From assembly GCA_937903005.1 (NCBI GenBank), contig CALFNR010000144.1, positions 21,948 through 85,947 on the forward strand: a DNA stretch of 64,000 nucleotides, in the 5' to 3' direction. The position numbers were made by a program, and so were the translations under genes. Each line of letters starts with the position of its first letter. The first letter of the stretch is position 1. The notes under the pieces are model-generated. The model was not told where the DNA came from. It ran no database searches and saw only the letters and a list, made by a program, of their open reading frames with translations. The stretch is from an uncultured Lachnoclostridium sp. GTDB lineage: Bacteria; Bacillota; Clostridia; Lachnospirales; Lachnospiraceae. Below are positions 8,997 to 18,900 of this stretch, in pieces.

Positions 8997-9887
8997 ATGA
9001 AAAAGAGAAATTTAGCAGTAGTTTTATTAGCAACGACATTATTAGTAGGATGTGGAACAACAAATAATGGTGAAGCTCAGGACGTCCAAATTGAGACACA
9101 AACTAGTCAGGAGAGTGGAGCTACCGCTACTGAAACACCAAAAGAAGAAAGCACCGAAAAGGAAATCAATAAAGTGCTATATGATAACAATGGAATTAAG
9201 GCTGTGTTTACTTCATTCAATCAGAATGGAGCTTATGGACCAGAAATTAAATTACAGCTTGAAAATACAACTGAAAAGAATATAACAGTCCAGGTGAGAG
9301 AAGTCTCAATCAATGGCTATATGATGGATCCAATCTTCTCTGAGGAAGTTGGAACAGGCAAAAAGGCGAATGGCTCAATTAATTTCTTTGAAAGTGACTT
9401 AGAAGAAAACGGAATTGAGCAAGTAAATAGTATTGAATTGTCTCTTCACATCTTTGAGAGCGATTCATACGACACTATTGACGATTCCGAAACAATTAAG
9501 ATTGTTATTAATGATGTAGAAGAGACTAAAAAAGAAGTTACTGGCCAGATTTTACTTGATAAAGACGGCTTAAAAGTAACATATAAAGATATGGTAGTAG
9601 ATGGAGATGGAGAGGTTTCTCTTAAAGTCTTCGTTGAAAATGGCTTAGATACAGAAGCAACAATCCAAGTTAGAGATTGCTCCGTAAATGGCTTTATGAT
9701 TGACCCTATCTGCTCCATCGATGTTGAACCAGGAAAGAAAGCAAATGATAAGATTGGCTTTATGTCTTGGGATTTAGAAGAGCAAGGACTTGAAGGTGTT
9801 GCATTTGAAACTGTTGAATTTACATTACATGTATTCAATGATAATGGAACAATAATGGATGTTCCTGCAACAATCAATTTAAAATAA
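8997..9887 (+). CDS. lipoprotein with tandemly duplicated ~110-aa domain
   Basis: Signal peptide plus lipobox LLVGC. Two internal repeats (..VQVREVSINGYMMDPIFSEEVGTGKKANG.. / ..IQVRDCSVNGFMIDPICSIDVEPGKKAND..). Confidence 0.8.
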   Translation: MKKRNLAVVLLATTLLVGCGTTNNGEAQDVQIETQTSQESGATATETPKEESTEKEINKVLYDNNGIKAVFTSFNQNGAYGPEIKLQLENTTEKNITVQVREVSINGYMMDPIFSEEVGTGKKANGSINFFESDLEENGIEQVNSIELSLHIFESDSYDTIDDSETIKIVINDVEETKKEVTGQILLDKDGLKVTYKDMVVDGDGEVSLKVFVENGLDTEATIQVRDCSVNGFMIDPICSIDVEPGKKANDKIGFMSWDLEEQGLEGVAFETVEFTLHVFNDNGTIMDVPATINLK

Positions 9888-9960
9888 TCACTATAAAAAA
9901 CTCCAATTAAATCACTATACAGAGGATCGTAGAAATACGGTCCTTTTTCTTTCCCTAAAA

Positions 9961-9996
9961 TTTACTATGGAAATATACATTATATAATATAAATAT
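9961..9996 (+). promoter_or_regulatory. class-A phage promoter cassette
   Basis: TTTACT-N16-TATAATATAAATAT. Confidence 0.65.
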
Positions 9997-10022
9997 GAAC
10001 TAATTAATTTGGAGGGAAAAGA

Positions 10023-10409
10023 ATGAGTTCAAAGAGGTATGACATAATGAAAAAGAAAAAAATAGTGGTAGTTCCAGCGAAGCAAATAAATGATAAGTTT
10101 ACGATGGTTTCAAACGCTAGTATTACTTTGTTGGATAGTAAGAGCTTCCACATATATTGTTACTTACTAAGTTGTTGTGACGAGTCAAGCTATTGCTATC
10201 CTTCATATGATGATATTCAAGAGAAGCTAGGAGTAACAAGGCACACCATATCGGATTGCCTAAAATTCCTTTCAGAATTTGGATTAATAGATATCCAAAA
10301 AAGGAAAACTGGTACGTACTTCAATAATGCTTATGTAGTATATGGAATAGTAAAAGTATCGGAGATAATTGAAAAAGAGGATGTGATCATCGAGAAAGAA
10401 GTGGCTTAG
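10023..10409 (+). CDS. winged-helix/HTH DNA-binding protein
   Basis: YPSYDDIQEKLGVTRHTISDCLKFLSEFGLID is HTH-like. GGAGGG RBS. Confidence 0.6.
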   Translation: MSSKRYDIMKKKKIVVVPAKQINDKFTMVSNASITLLDSKSFHIYCYLLSCCDESSYCYPSYDDIQEKLGVTRHTISDCLKFLSEFGLIDIQKRKTGTYFNNAYVVYGIVKVSEIIEKEDVIIEKEVA

Positions 10410-10447
10410 GCCGCTCTTTTTTTTGGGAATTTTATAAGCTCAAAATT

Positions 10448-10513
10448 GAGTGTTCTTTTAAACACTGGGCTTAGTGTCTTTTTAACCACCCAGCTTAGTG
10501 TTTTTTTAGACAC
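10448..10513 (+). repeat. three 18-bp direct repeats at 24-bp spacing (candidate iterons/operators)
   Basis: GAGTGTTCTTTTAAACAC, TAGTGTCTTTTTAACCAC and TAGTGTTTTTTTAGACAC start at 10448, 10472 and 10496. Each has the internal dyad GTGT..ACAC. Confidence 0.65.
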
Positions 10514-10831
10514 CATAACAATAACCATATAACAATACTAATATAATAATATCCAATACATACGGCCGATAAAATCGTCCGTTTCAATGAAAAAAAATTA
10601 AGTAATGAAAAAAACGAGCTCGTATTTCAGTCATTAAGCTGCCTGAAAAAAGTTTTTGGTATAAAACATCGTCTAGACGTCAATACTCAACTATGAGCCA
10701 TATAAAGCCATTACGGAGTGATTAGCAAAAAATTAAATTTAGAAGAAAGTTAAAATAGTTATTTTATCTTACAAAAGTACATATAATTAATAGAAAAATC
10801 AAAAATGATGTAAAAATGATTAAAATAGAAA

Positions 10832-10860
10832 TTGAAAATGTAATAGATATATGGTATAAT
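10832..10860 (+). promoter_or_regulatory. consensus sigma-A promoter (extended -10)
   Basis: TTGAAA-N17-TATAAT with TGg immediately upstream of the -10. No ATAAATAT tail. Confidence 0.65.
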
Positions 10861-10891
10861 ATTCTTATTAAAAATAGCGGAGGTCATTAGT

Positions 10892-11332
10892 ATGAAAATA
10901 CAAGAGCTTAAGGCACTAAACGAGCAGGAACAAGTGAAATTTATAAATAATAGGCTAGCGGAATTAGAAGAGAAAAAGCTAACTGAAAAAGAGTTCAAAT
11001 GCGAGCTTCTTTCATTCTCGTATAATGCTGCGACAAAGCATATGGAAGAAATGGGCTATGAGCTAAGAGATGGCCGTTTCATCAAAAGATTGACAGCGAG
11101 TGAGATTGAAGCACTAAGAAGAATGCTAGATCATGAAAACTTATTTTATAGAGCATTCAGTCTAGGTGCAAAAATTAACATTAATAGAAATGACGAAGTA
11201 CAAGCTACAACAGTTCGTGTCTATAAGCAAGTTTGGGAAGACTGGAACCAGTTCTGCAAAGAAAAATCTGCAATCAGTAAGGAAGAACTTTTGACTACCG
11301 CTTTAGAGCAGTTCATGCGCGATTATAGATAA
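10892..11332 (+). CDS. hypothetical protein with C-terminal ribbon-helix-helix-like segment
   Basis: TTVRVYKQVWEDWNQFCKE..SKEELLTTALEQFM has a strand-helix-helix pattern. GGAGG RBS and its own consensus promoter. Confidence 0.5.
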   Translation: MKIQELKALNEQEQVKFINNRLAELEEKKLTEKEFKCELLSFSYNAATKHMEEMGYELRDGRFIKRLTASEIEALRRMLDHENLFYRAFSLGAKININRNDEVQATTVRVYKQVWEDWNQFCKEKSAISKEELLTTALEQFMRDYR

Positions 11333-11349
11333 AAGGGGAGGATTTCATA

Positions 11350-11655
11350 ATGACAAGTCGTACATTTGAATATTTAGTAAGGGAAGTATTGAATTGTGAT
11401 CAACCAGAAAGACTATTAACCTTTGGTGGAATTGCAAACTCTGGAATGATTGAGCAAGAGAATGGGTTCTATATGGCTGCAATATCAGCACTGGCAGTTT
11501 TACACTCTCATGCAACTTGCGACCAGGCAAGTAAGATTGATTGTATCATCGAGGAACTATCAGAAACAGAAGGAAAATCCATGGAACAATTAGACAACGA
11601 CTATACGGAAATGATTTACGACAGCATTGTGAAACTAAAGAAAGAAATTTTATAG
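11350..11655 (+). CDS. hypothetical protein
   Basis: 101-aa ORF, GGGGAGG RBS, tightly coupled to the upstream ORF. Confidence 0.5.
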   Translation: MTSRTFEYLVREVLNCDQPERLLTFGGIANSGMIEQENGFYMAAISALAVLHSHATCDQASKIDCIIEELSETEGKSMEQLDNDYTEMIYDSIVKLKKEIL

Positions 11656-11672
11656 TAAAAATGGTGAGCAAG

Positions 11673-11708
11673 TTTACCATTCAAATAACGATTATATAAT
11701 ATAAATAT
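11673..11708 (+). promoter_or_regulatory. class-A phage promoter cassette
   Basis: TTTACC-N16-TATAATATAAATAT. Confidence 0.65.
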
Positions 11709-11754
11709 AAGACGTCACTAAAGACGAAATTTGTATTATATGGAGGAATTAAGA

Positions 11755-12150
11755 ATGGTTAAATCAGTAGGAAAAATATTAGCAGGAACGGTATTAGGTG
11801 CAGGAATCGCGCTATCTTTACAATGGACTGGAACAACTAATTTAGCGGCTGCAAAAACACAAGCGGAACAATTTAAAAAGGCTGCAGTCGAGTATGTAGC
11901 GAAAGCCAAGGAATTAGAACAATACGCTGGTAGCTTATCAGAACAGAATACGGAATTAACAGATAAGGTTGCAGAATTAGAAGAGAAAATTGCAGAATTA
12001 GAATCTAGTTCAAATGACAATAACGTAAATTTGGGGCAAGCTAAAAAACAGCTAGATAAAGCCAATAAAGAACTTGAAAAAGCCAATAAAGAAGCTAAAG
12101 AGCACGAAGCTGGTATGATGGAAATCTTAGATGTTTCTATCTTCGAATAG
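11755..12150 (+). CDS. membrane-anchored coiled-coil protein
   Basis: ATG 11755 follows GGAGG. N-terminal TM (ILAGTVLGAGIALSL), then E/K-rich coiled coil. Confidence 0.6.
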   Translation: MVKSVGKILAGTVLGAGIALSLQWTGTTNLAAAKTQAEQFKKAAVEYVAKAKELEQYAGSLSEQNTELTDKVAELEEKIAELESSSNDNNVNLGQAKKQLDKANKELEKANKEAKEHEAGMMEILDVSIFE

Positions 12151-12158
12151 CATAGTAT

Positions 12159-12193
12159 AGATGGACCAAAAAATAACGGTCCATCTTTTTTTT
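12159..12193 (+). terminator. rho-independent terminator
   Basis: AGATGGACC-N10-GGTCCATCT plus T8. Confidence 0.8.
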
Positions 12194-12201
12194 ATGTCGA
12201 G

Positions 12202-12237
12202 TTTACTCCTTAAACGACTATTATATAATATAAATAT
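12202..12237 (+). promoter_or_regulatory. class-A phage promoter cassette
   Basis: TTTACT-N16-TATAATATAAATAT after terminator 12159-12193. Confidence 0.65.
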
Positions 12238-12261
12238 AAACTAGAATAAAGGAGCAAACAA

Positions 12262-15200
12262 ATGAATAATATATATACAATTACCCATTGCCATACAGAC
12301 TTTAGTAATGGAACAACAAATATCGATTCAGTTAGCAAGTATCAACAATATGTAGATAGAGCAGTAGAGCTTGGAATGAAAGCGATCGCAATCACCGAAC
12401 ATGGTAATATCTTCGGTTGGGTGAAGAAAAAAGAGTATATTGAGAGCAAAGGACTTAAGTATATTCACGGAGTTGAGATGTACCTTACAAAGTCATTAGA
12501 TAAGAAGGTAAGGGATAACTACCACATTTGCTTATATGCTAAAAACTATCATGGTATTCTGGAATTAAATAAATTAATTTCAGGTGCTTACAATAGAAAA
12601 GATGGGCATTTCTATTACGCACCAAGAATCACATTCGACGAGCTGCTGGCAACATCAGATAATATCCTCTTCACAACAGCATGTATTGGTGGCGTTCTCG
12701 CGGGCAAAGATGAAGAATTAAAAAGAAGATTTCTTGACTTCATTTGCAAGAATAAACATCGTGCATGGTTAGAAGTTCAGCACCATCAAGACCAGGTACA
12801 AATTGATTATAACCGTTACCTTTTAGGATTATCTAGGGAACTGGGCCTTAATCTAATCTGTGGTACTGACACTCATGCATTAAATGAACGTCATGCAAAA
12901 GGAAGAAAGATTCTTCAAAAGTCCAAAGGGGTAAAATTCTCGGATGAAGACGGTTGGGATGTTACTCTTAAAACATATGAAGAGCTAGTTGAACTATTTA
13001 CTAAACAAGGAATATTTAGTCTTGAAGAAATTCACCAATTATTAGATAATACAAATATATTATCTAATAATATTGAAGAATTTTCTCTTGACAGATCTCA
13101 TAAATACCCTAAGTTATTCAATGATTCTCTATCTGTTTTAAAGAAGAAAATCATGAAAGGTATAAAAGAAAAGGGTGTCGATAAATATCCAAACTTCCAA
13201 GAATATATTGACCGAATCAAATACGAGTTATCCGTATATGAACACAATAAGGCTATCGATTACTTACTTTTAGACGAGGATATAAAAGCCTTCGGTAGAG
13301 AACAAGGTATCTTCTGCGGTCCTTCTAGGGGTTCTGTATCTGGTTCTGTGATTGCATATCTAATCGGTATGACTGAAATGGATAGTATCAAGCACAAACT
13401 GAATTTCGAGAGATTCATGAATGCAGAACGTATCTCTTTAGCAGACGTGGACACTGACTGGCCACCAGCGAAGAGGGATGTTGTAAAGGACTATATATTT
13501 AATAAAGAAGGCTTGTACTGTGCTGAAATCATTACATTCAATACTGTTGCGTTAAAAGGTTCTATTCGTGATTGTGCTAGAGCCTTGGATATTCCTCTTG
13601 ATGTAGTAGGAACAATCTGCAGCGATATTGATGATCCAAATAAGGAAGCAATGTATAGAAGACAATACCCGGAATTATTCGAGTATGTAGATATTGTAAA
13701 TGGTACGATCGTTTCGACTGGTACACATCCATGTGGAAGCATTGTTTCCCCTATTCCGTTAGATACAGAAATCGGCACCTTAACATTATCTACAACAGAT
13801 AGACCTGTATCTATGCTTTATAAGAATGAGGTAGAAGGATTAAACTTCGTAAAACTTGATATCCTTGGACTAGACAATGTGGAGTTAATCAATGAGACCT
13901 GCAGACTAGCTGGTATTGAAAGATTAACACCGGATAACGTACCAGATGATTTAGAAGTATGGAGTTCAATCAGAGACAATACAGTTGGTATATTCCAATG
14001 GGAATCTGATATGGCGTCAAAATATCTAGCTTCTTTATTTAGTGATGAAACAATCAATAAGATTAGAAAAGCTAATCCGGATTTCAAATATATCGATTTG
14101 TTTTCGGTTGGAAATGGTGCTATCAGACCTGCAGGAGCTTCTTATAGAGATCAACTTGCAAATGGGATATTCCAGGATAATGGTCATAGAGCATTGAATG
14201 ACTTCTTAGCTCCTACACTTGGTTATTTAGTATATCAAGAGCAGATTATCGACTTCTTGCATATCTTCTGTGGTTTTACCATGGGTGAAGCTGATACAGT
14301 TCGTAGAGCCTTTGCTAAGAAAACAGGAACAGAAGTATATATTCCGAGAATTAAAGCCGGATTTGCTAAAACAATGTTAGAGCAACATGGAGTTTGCGAA
14401 GAGGAATCCGAAAGATTAATCGTGAACTTTATCCAGGTAATCATAGACGCTTCTAATTACCTGTTCTCATTAAATCACTCGCAAGCATACAGCTATATTG
14501 GTTATATCTGCGGATATTTAAGATATTACTACCCATTAGAGTTCTTCACTGCCATGTTGAATATCAACTCTGGAAATATGGATAAGACCTCTAAAACGAT
14601 TGAATTGGCCAAACTATCAGGAATTAGCATTGAACCTCCTACTTATGGAAAATCAAGAGCTGCTTATTTCTTTGATAAGAGCAACAATATCATCTACAAA
14701 GGAATTGAAAGTGTTAAGTACCTAAATGAAGATTTAGCAGAAAGTCTATACGAATTATCTTCATATCAGAACTATGCGTCATTTGAGGATCTATATCTTA
14801 ATACACCAGGTATCAATTCAAGACAATGGGAAGTATTAATCAAAATAGGCTATTTTAGAGCATTCGGGCCAGCTAAGAGACTTCTTGGAATCGTAGAGAT
14901 TTGCAATGCTTATGCGACTAAAAAGCAATATAAGAAGGATAGCGTTGATTGCGACCTAATTAGAAGATTTGCTGGTAGTGAAACGGAAAAAATGTTCAGA
15001 GATGTAGATAATGCTGCGCTATGCAAATATCTGATTTCAGGAATTGGGAACGATGAATTTACTATCGGAGAACTTGCTAAATTTGAAGCGGAATACATCG
15101 GCTCAATCAACATTACTAATCCAGCGACTAATAATAGAGAGTGTATCGTACTTGATATTGATACTAAATATACACCAGTTTTAACTCTATACAGGATTCA

Positions 15201-15384
15201 AAATGGTGATATCATCAAGGTAAAAGTTGCTAAAGACTTCTATTATAACAAGAAAATTAGAAAGTTCAGTCACATATATGTGTCTCATGCCGAGAAAAGA
15301 AACAAGAAAAAACGTGTTGATGGCAAGTGGATCACAATGAAAGATTTTGACATATATGTAAATTATTTTATTATTTCATTATAG
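12262..15384 (+). CDS. dnaE: DNA polymerase III alpha subunit (DnaE-type, PHP N-terminus)
   Basis: 1040 aa. PHP motif HCHTDFSNG..ITEHGN, and polymerase core (SLADVDTDW). Confidence 0.9.
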   Translation: MNNIYTITHCHTDFSNGTTNIDSVSKYQQYVDRAVELGMKAIAITEHGNIFGWVKKKEYIESKGLKYIHGVEMYLTKSLDKKVRDNYHICLYAKNYHGILELNKLISGAYNRKDGHFYYAPRITFDELLATSDNILFTTACIGGVLAGKDEELKRRFLDFICKNKHRAWLEVQHHQDQVQIDYNRYLLGLSRELGLNLICGTDTHALNERHAKGRKILQKSKGVKFSDEDGWDVTLKTYEELVELFTKQGIFSLEEIHQLLDNTNILSNNIEEFSLDRSHKYPKLFNDSLSVLKKKIMKGIKEKGVDKYPNFQEYIDRIKYELSVYEHNKAIDYLLLDEDIKAFGREQGIFCGPSRGSVSGSVIAYLIGMTEMDSIKHKLNFERFMNAERISLADVDTDWPPAKRDVVKDYIFNKEGLYCAEIITFNTVALKGSIRDCARALDIPLDVVGTICSDIDDPNKEAMYRRQYPELFEYVDIVNGTIVSTGTHPCGSIVSPIPLDTEIGTLTLSTTDRPVSMLYKNEVEGLNFVKLDILGLDNVELINETCRLAGIERLTPDNVPDDLEVWSSIRDNTVGIFQWESDMASKYLASLFSDETINKIRKANPDFKYIDLFSVGNGAIRPAGASYRDQLANGIFQDNGHRALNDFLAPTLGYLVYQEQIIDFLHIFCGFTMGEADTVRRAFAKKTGTEVYIPRIKAGFAKTMLEQHGVCEEESERLIVNFIQVIIDASNYLFSLNHSQAYSYIGYICGYLRYYYPLEFFTAMLNINSGNMDKTSKTIELAKLSGISIEPPTYGKSRAAYFFDKSNNIIYKGIESVKYLNEDLAESLYELSSYQNYASFEDLYLNTPGINSRQWEVLIKIGYFRAFGPAKRLLGIVEICNAYATKKQYKKDSVDCDLIRRFAGSETEKMFRDVDNAALCKYLISGIGNDEFTIGELAKFEAEYIGSINITNPATNNRECIVLDIDTKYTPVLTLYRIQNGDIIKVKVAKDFYYNKKIRKFSHIYVSHAEKRNKKKRVDGKWITMKDFDIYVNYFIISL

Positions 15385-15486
15385 GAAACGGTAGCCGCGG
15401 TAACTCGCGGGAATTTTCCTATATAAAATACGGTAAGAGTAGTAATTGTCAGAATATTTGGAAGAGTTTTACTTCGGTCCAAACTA

Positions 15487-15516
15487 TTTACAAGATATCC
15501 CAGCTCACGATATAAT
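15487..15516 (+). promoter_or_regulatory. sigma-A-like promoter upstream of the sigma-like gene
   Basis: TTTACA-N18-TATAAT followed by CATAAATGT, a degenerate cassette tail. Confidence 0.4.
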
Positions 15517-15543
15517 CATAAATGTGTTGCGGCACTGGTCGTA

Positions 15544-15579
15544 ACTAACAGGTTAATTATAATTATACAATATAAATAT
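15544..15579 (+). promoter_or_regulatory. class-A cassette variant
   Basis: TACAATATAAATAT core with a weak -35 (ACTAAC). Confidence 0.45.
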
Positions 15580-15629
15580 TGTGTAGAATATACAGACAAA
15601 TTTTAAAATACAGAAAGAGGTAAACAACT

Positions 15630-16214
15630 ATGAAAAAATTAATCGTAATGAACAATGGAGAAAAGAGAGTAATGGAATTTGAGGAAATCCTGAACCAATT
15701 CAGAGGGGTTGCTCTTAAAGAGCTCCTTAAATACAAAAATGGTGGAGCTATCACAGAAGACGATCTTCAAGAAATGGATATTGTTATTTTCAAGGCTTTA
15801 AAATCTTATGATGAGTATCACTGCTTTACAACCCACTTAACTTGGAAATTAAGACAATACTTCACACACACCGCAGTAAATGCAAAGAGACAAAAAAGAG
15901 ACACATCGGCTGTGACAATCTTAAATCTGGATATGAAAGTTAGTGATGGTAAAGGCGGTAATGAAATGGACCTTCACGAAATGTTGACTGATGATGCAGC
16001 TAGCTTTGAGGACAAATTAATGGACCAGGCTTTTATTGCATATATCGCTTCTAATTTAGATGATTTTGAAATGAAGCTGCTTGCAGTTAACCTTGGAAAT
16101 ATGAGAGTTATCGACCTTGCAGACGAGTACAACACAAGCAAGCAAAATATCAATAATAAGAACAGAAGATTTAAAGCGAAGCTTCTTCAATTAATTAATG
16201 ATTTTAACGCTTAG
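15630..16214 (+). CDS. sigma-70-family-like RNA polymerase sigma factor (phage-encoded)
   Basis: Region-2-like FKALKSYDEYHCFTTHLTWKLRQYF and C-terminal region-4-like HTH (VIDLADEYNTSKQNINNKNRRFKAKL). Assignment by eye only. Confidence 0.5.
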   Translation: MKKLIVMNNGEKRVMEFEEILNQFRGVALKELLKYKNGGAITEDDLQEMDIVIFKALKSYDEYHCFTTHLTWKLRQYFTHTAVNAKRQKRDTSAVTILNLDMKVSDGKGGNEMDLHEMLTDDAASFEDKLMDQAFIAYIASNLDDFEMKLLAVNLGNMRVIDLADEYNTSKQNINNKNRRFKAKLLQLINDFNA

Positions 16215-16219
16215 TCGAG

Positions 16220-16255
16220 TTTACTATCATTATATTAATTATATAATATAAATAT
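16220..16255 (+). promoter_or_regulatory. class-A phage promoter cassette
   Basis: TTTACT-N16-TATAATATAAATAT. Confidence 0.65.
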
Positions 16256-16285
16256 AACAACTATTTATAAAGGAGAAATATTATT

Positions 16286-16654
16286 ATGACAACAAATGTA
16301 TTTGACGTAATGTTACAGAAACAAAAGGAACTTCAATTAAGACTTGGTATGGATTTAGATAATTTCACACCAAAAGAGAGAGCAGCCTTCGTAAAAGAGT
16401 TTTCTCTTTGGGCAATAGATGAATACTCAGAAATGCTTCATGAATTACCTTATGCAAAAGGTTGGAGCAAGAAATACGATAAACCAGATTACGACCATGA
16501 AAAACAATATCAATTATGTAAAGAGGAGTTTATCGATGTACTTACTTTCTCCATGAGCGTTGCTGCAGCTCTTGGATTTACCGGAGAGGAAATGGAACGT
16601 ATGTATCTTGAAAAGAACGGCGTTAACCACAAAAGACAAGACAACAACTACTAG
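16286..16654 (+). CDS. all-alpha (dimeric-type) dUTPase / MazG-like NTP pyrophosphohydrolase
   Basis: WAIDEYSEMLHELP..KEEFIDVLTFSMSVAAALGF..YLEKNGVNHKRQ pattern. Confidence 0.65.
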   Translation: MTTNVFDVMLQKQKELQLRLGMDLDNFTPKERAAFVKEFSLWAIDEYSEMLHELPYAKGWSKKYDKPDYDHEKQYQLCKEEFIDVLTFSMSVAAALGFTGEEMERMYLEKNGVNHKRQDNNY

Positions 16655-16718
16655 AAATTATGGTGGCTGCTAGTCAGCCTCCTCTTTATAAAAATAACTT
16701 TAGAAAATGGAGATATAT

Positions 16719-18842
16719 ATGACACAAGTAATTAAAAGAGATGGAACTACTACAAAATTTGATTCAAGAAAAATTGAAAATGCAATCTTAAAAGCAATGA
16801 GATATGGAAGTGGCGTATGTGATTCAGATGTTGCTGCTAGTATTGCTGCTGAAATTACATTGGATTATTGTACTTTTCCGGAAGAAAAACAACCAACAGT
16901 ATATGAAATCGAAGAAAAAGTATATAAGAAACTTATCAAATATGGCCATGAATTAACAGCTAGGGCTTATGAAGAGTATAGAGCAGTTCAATCATTCAAG
17001 CGTCAATCCAATACAACTGATGAAAGTATTCTATCACTTGTTAGAAATATGAATGAAGAGGTTGCTAATGAAAATTCCAATAAGAATGCAACTATGGCCT
17101 CTACACAGCGTGATTTAATTGCGGGAGAAGTTAGTAAGGATATTTCAAGAAGAAAGTTAATTCCGGCTCATATCGTGCAGGCTCATGACAATGGAGCTAT
17201 TCATTTTCATGATATGGATTATTCAATTTCTCCAATCTTCAACTGTTGCTTAGTTAATATCGCGGATATGTTGGATAATGGGACCGTAATCAATGCCAAA
17301 TTAGTAGAGAGTCCGAAATCATTTCAAGTTGCGTGCACGGTTGTAACTCAAATCATCGCGCAGATTTCTAGTGGACAGTATGGTGGCCAGTCGTTAAATG
17401 TAAAACATCTTGGTAAATACTTAGCGAAAAGTAGAGCTAGATATGAAGAAATGCTCGCGGATCTTGATGAAGAAATCAGAGAACGTAAAGTAAAAGAGTT
17501 CCTTCAAAGAGAACTTGAATCTGGTGTACAGACTATCCAATACCAGATTAACACACTTATGACTACGAACGGCCAAAGCCCATTCGTAACATTATTCCTT
17601 GAAATTGAACCAGGACACGAATATGAAGAAGAAATCGCTATGATCGTAAATGAAATCTTAGTTCAGAGACATCTTGGAATTAAGAATGAGAAGGGTGTTT
17701 ATATCACACCAGCATTTCCGAAGTTAGTTTACGTGCTTGATGAAAACAACGTGCCTAAGGATTCCAAATATAGATATGTAACAGATTCTGCAATCAAATG
17801 TTCTGCAAAACGTCTATATCCGGATTACATTTCAGCAAAAGAAATGAGAAAAATCTATGAAGGTAACGTGTTCAGTCCAATGGGATGTAGATCATTCCTT
17901 GCGCCTTGGAAAGATGAAAACGGCGAGTATAAGTTTGAAGGTCGCTTCAACATGGGTGTTGTAACACTTAACTTGGTTCAGGTTGCTCTTACAGCTGAAG
18001 GTGATATGGATAAATTCTGGAACATTCTTGATGAAAGATTGGCACTATGCAAAGAAGCTCTACTTACTAGATACGAACTCCTAAAAAGCGCAACTTCTGA
18101 TATTTCACCTATTCACTGGCAATTTGGTGGTTTGGCTCGTTTAGGGAAGCATGAACCAATCGCTCCATTATTAGAAAACGGATATGCGACAATCAGCCTT
18201 GGATATATCGGAATGTATGAAATGACTAAATTAATGATGAATGAAAGCCACACATCAGGAAGAGGAAAAGAGTTCTGTGTGGAAGTAATCAAGAAATTAA
18301 AGGCTGCAACAGATTCTTGGAAAAAAGAGACTGGCCTTGGTTTTGGATTATATGGAACACCTGCAGAGAGCTTATGTTATAGATTCTGTAAGATTGACCT
18401 TGCTAGATTTGGAGAAATCGAAGATATCACTGCAAAAGGTTACTACACTAACAGCTACCACGTAGATGTAAGAGAAAATATCGACGCATTCAGTAAGTTA
18501 TTATTTGAAGCAGACTTCCAAAAAATCAGCACTGGTGGTTGTATCTCATATGTTGAAATCCCAAATATGAATAAGAACCTTGAAGCATTAGACCAGCTTG
18601 TAACCTTCATTTATGAAAATATCCAATACGCTGAATTTAATACTAAATCAGATTACTGCCATGTATGCAGCTATGATGGTGAAATTATCATCAATGATGA
18701 TATTGAATGGGAATGCCCTCAATGTGGTAATAAAGATAAGTCTAAAATGAACGTTACAAGACGCACATGTGGGTATTTGGGCGAGAACTACTTCAATTTG
18801 GGTAAGACGAAAGAAATCAAGTCTAGAGTTTTACACCTTTAA
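16719..18842 (+). CDS. nrdD: anaerobic ribonucleoside-triphosphate reductase
   Basis: ATP-cone start (VIKRDGTTTKFD), C-terminal Cys pairs CHVC..CPQC, and glycyl-radical motif RRTCGYLG. ATG 16719 has the GGAG RBS. Confidence 0.95.
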   Translation: MTQVIKRDGTTTKFDSRKIENAILKAMRYGSGVCDSDVAASIAAEITLDYCTFPEEKQPTVYEIEEKVYKKLIKYGHELTARAYEEYRAVQSFKRQSNTTDESILSLVRNMNEEVANENSNKNATMASTQRDLIAGEVSKDISRRKLIPAHIVQAHDNGAIHFHDMDYSISPIFNCCLVNIADMLDNGTVINAKLVESPKSFQVACTVVTQIIAQISSGQYGGQSLNVKHLGKYLAKSRARYEEMLADLDEEIRERKVKEFLQRELESGVQTIQYQINTLMTTNGQSPFVTLFLEIEPGHEYEEEIAMIVNEILVQRHLGIKNEKGVYITPAFPKLVYVLDENNVPKDSKYRYVTDSAIKCSAKRLYPDYISAKEMRKIYEGNVFSPMGCRSFLAPWKDENGEYKFEGRFNMGVVTLNLVQVALTAEGDMDKFWNILDERLALCKEALLTRYELLKSATSDISPIHWQFGGLARLGKHEPIAPLLENGYATISLGYIGMYEMTKLMMNESHTSGRGKEFCVEVIKKLKAATDSWKKETGLGFGLYGTPAESLCYRFCKIDLARFGEIEDITAKGYYTNSYHVDVRENIDAFSKLLFEADFQKISTGGCISYVEIPNMNKNLEALDQLVTFIYENIQYAEFNTKSDYCHVCSYDGEIIINDDIEWECPQCGNKDKSKMNVTRRTCGYLGENYFNLGKTKEIKSRVLHL

Positions 18843-18900
18843 TTTTGAAAGGGGGTAGAGATACCCCTTTTTATTTAACCATAAAATAGGAGCTGATAAG

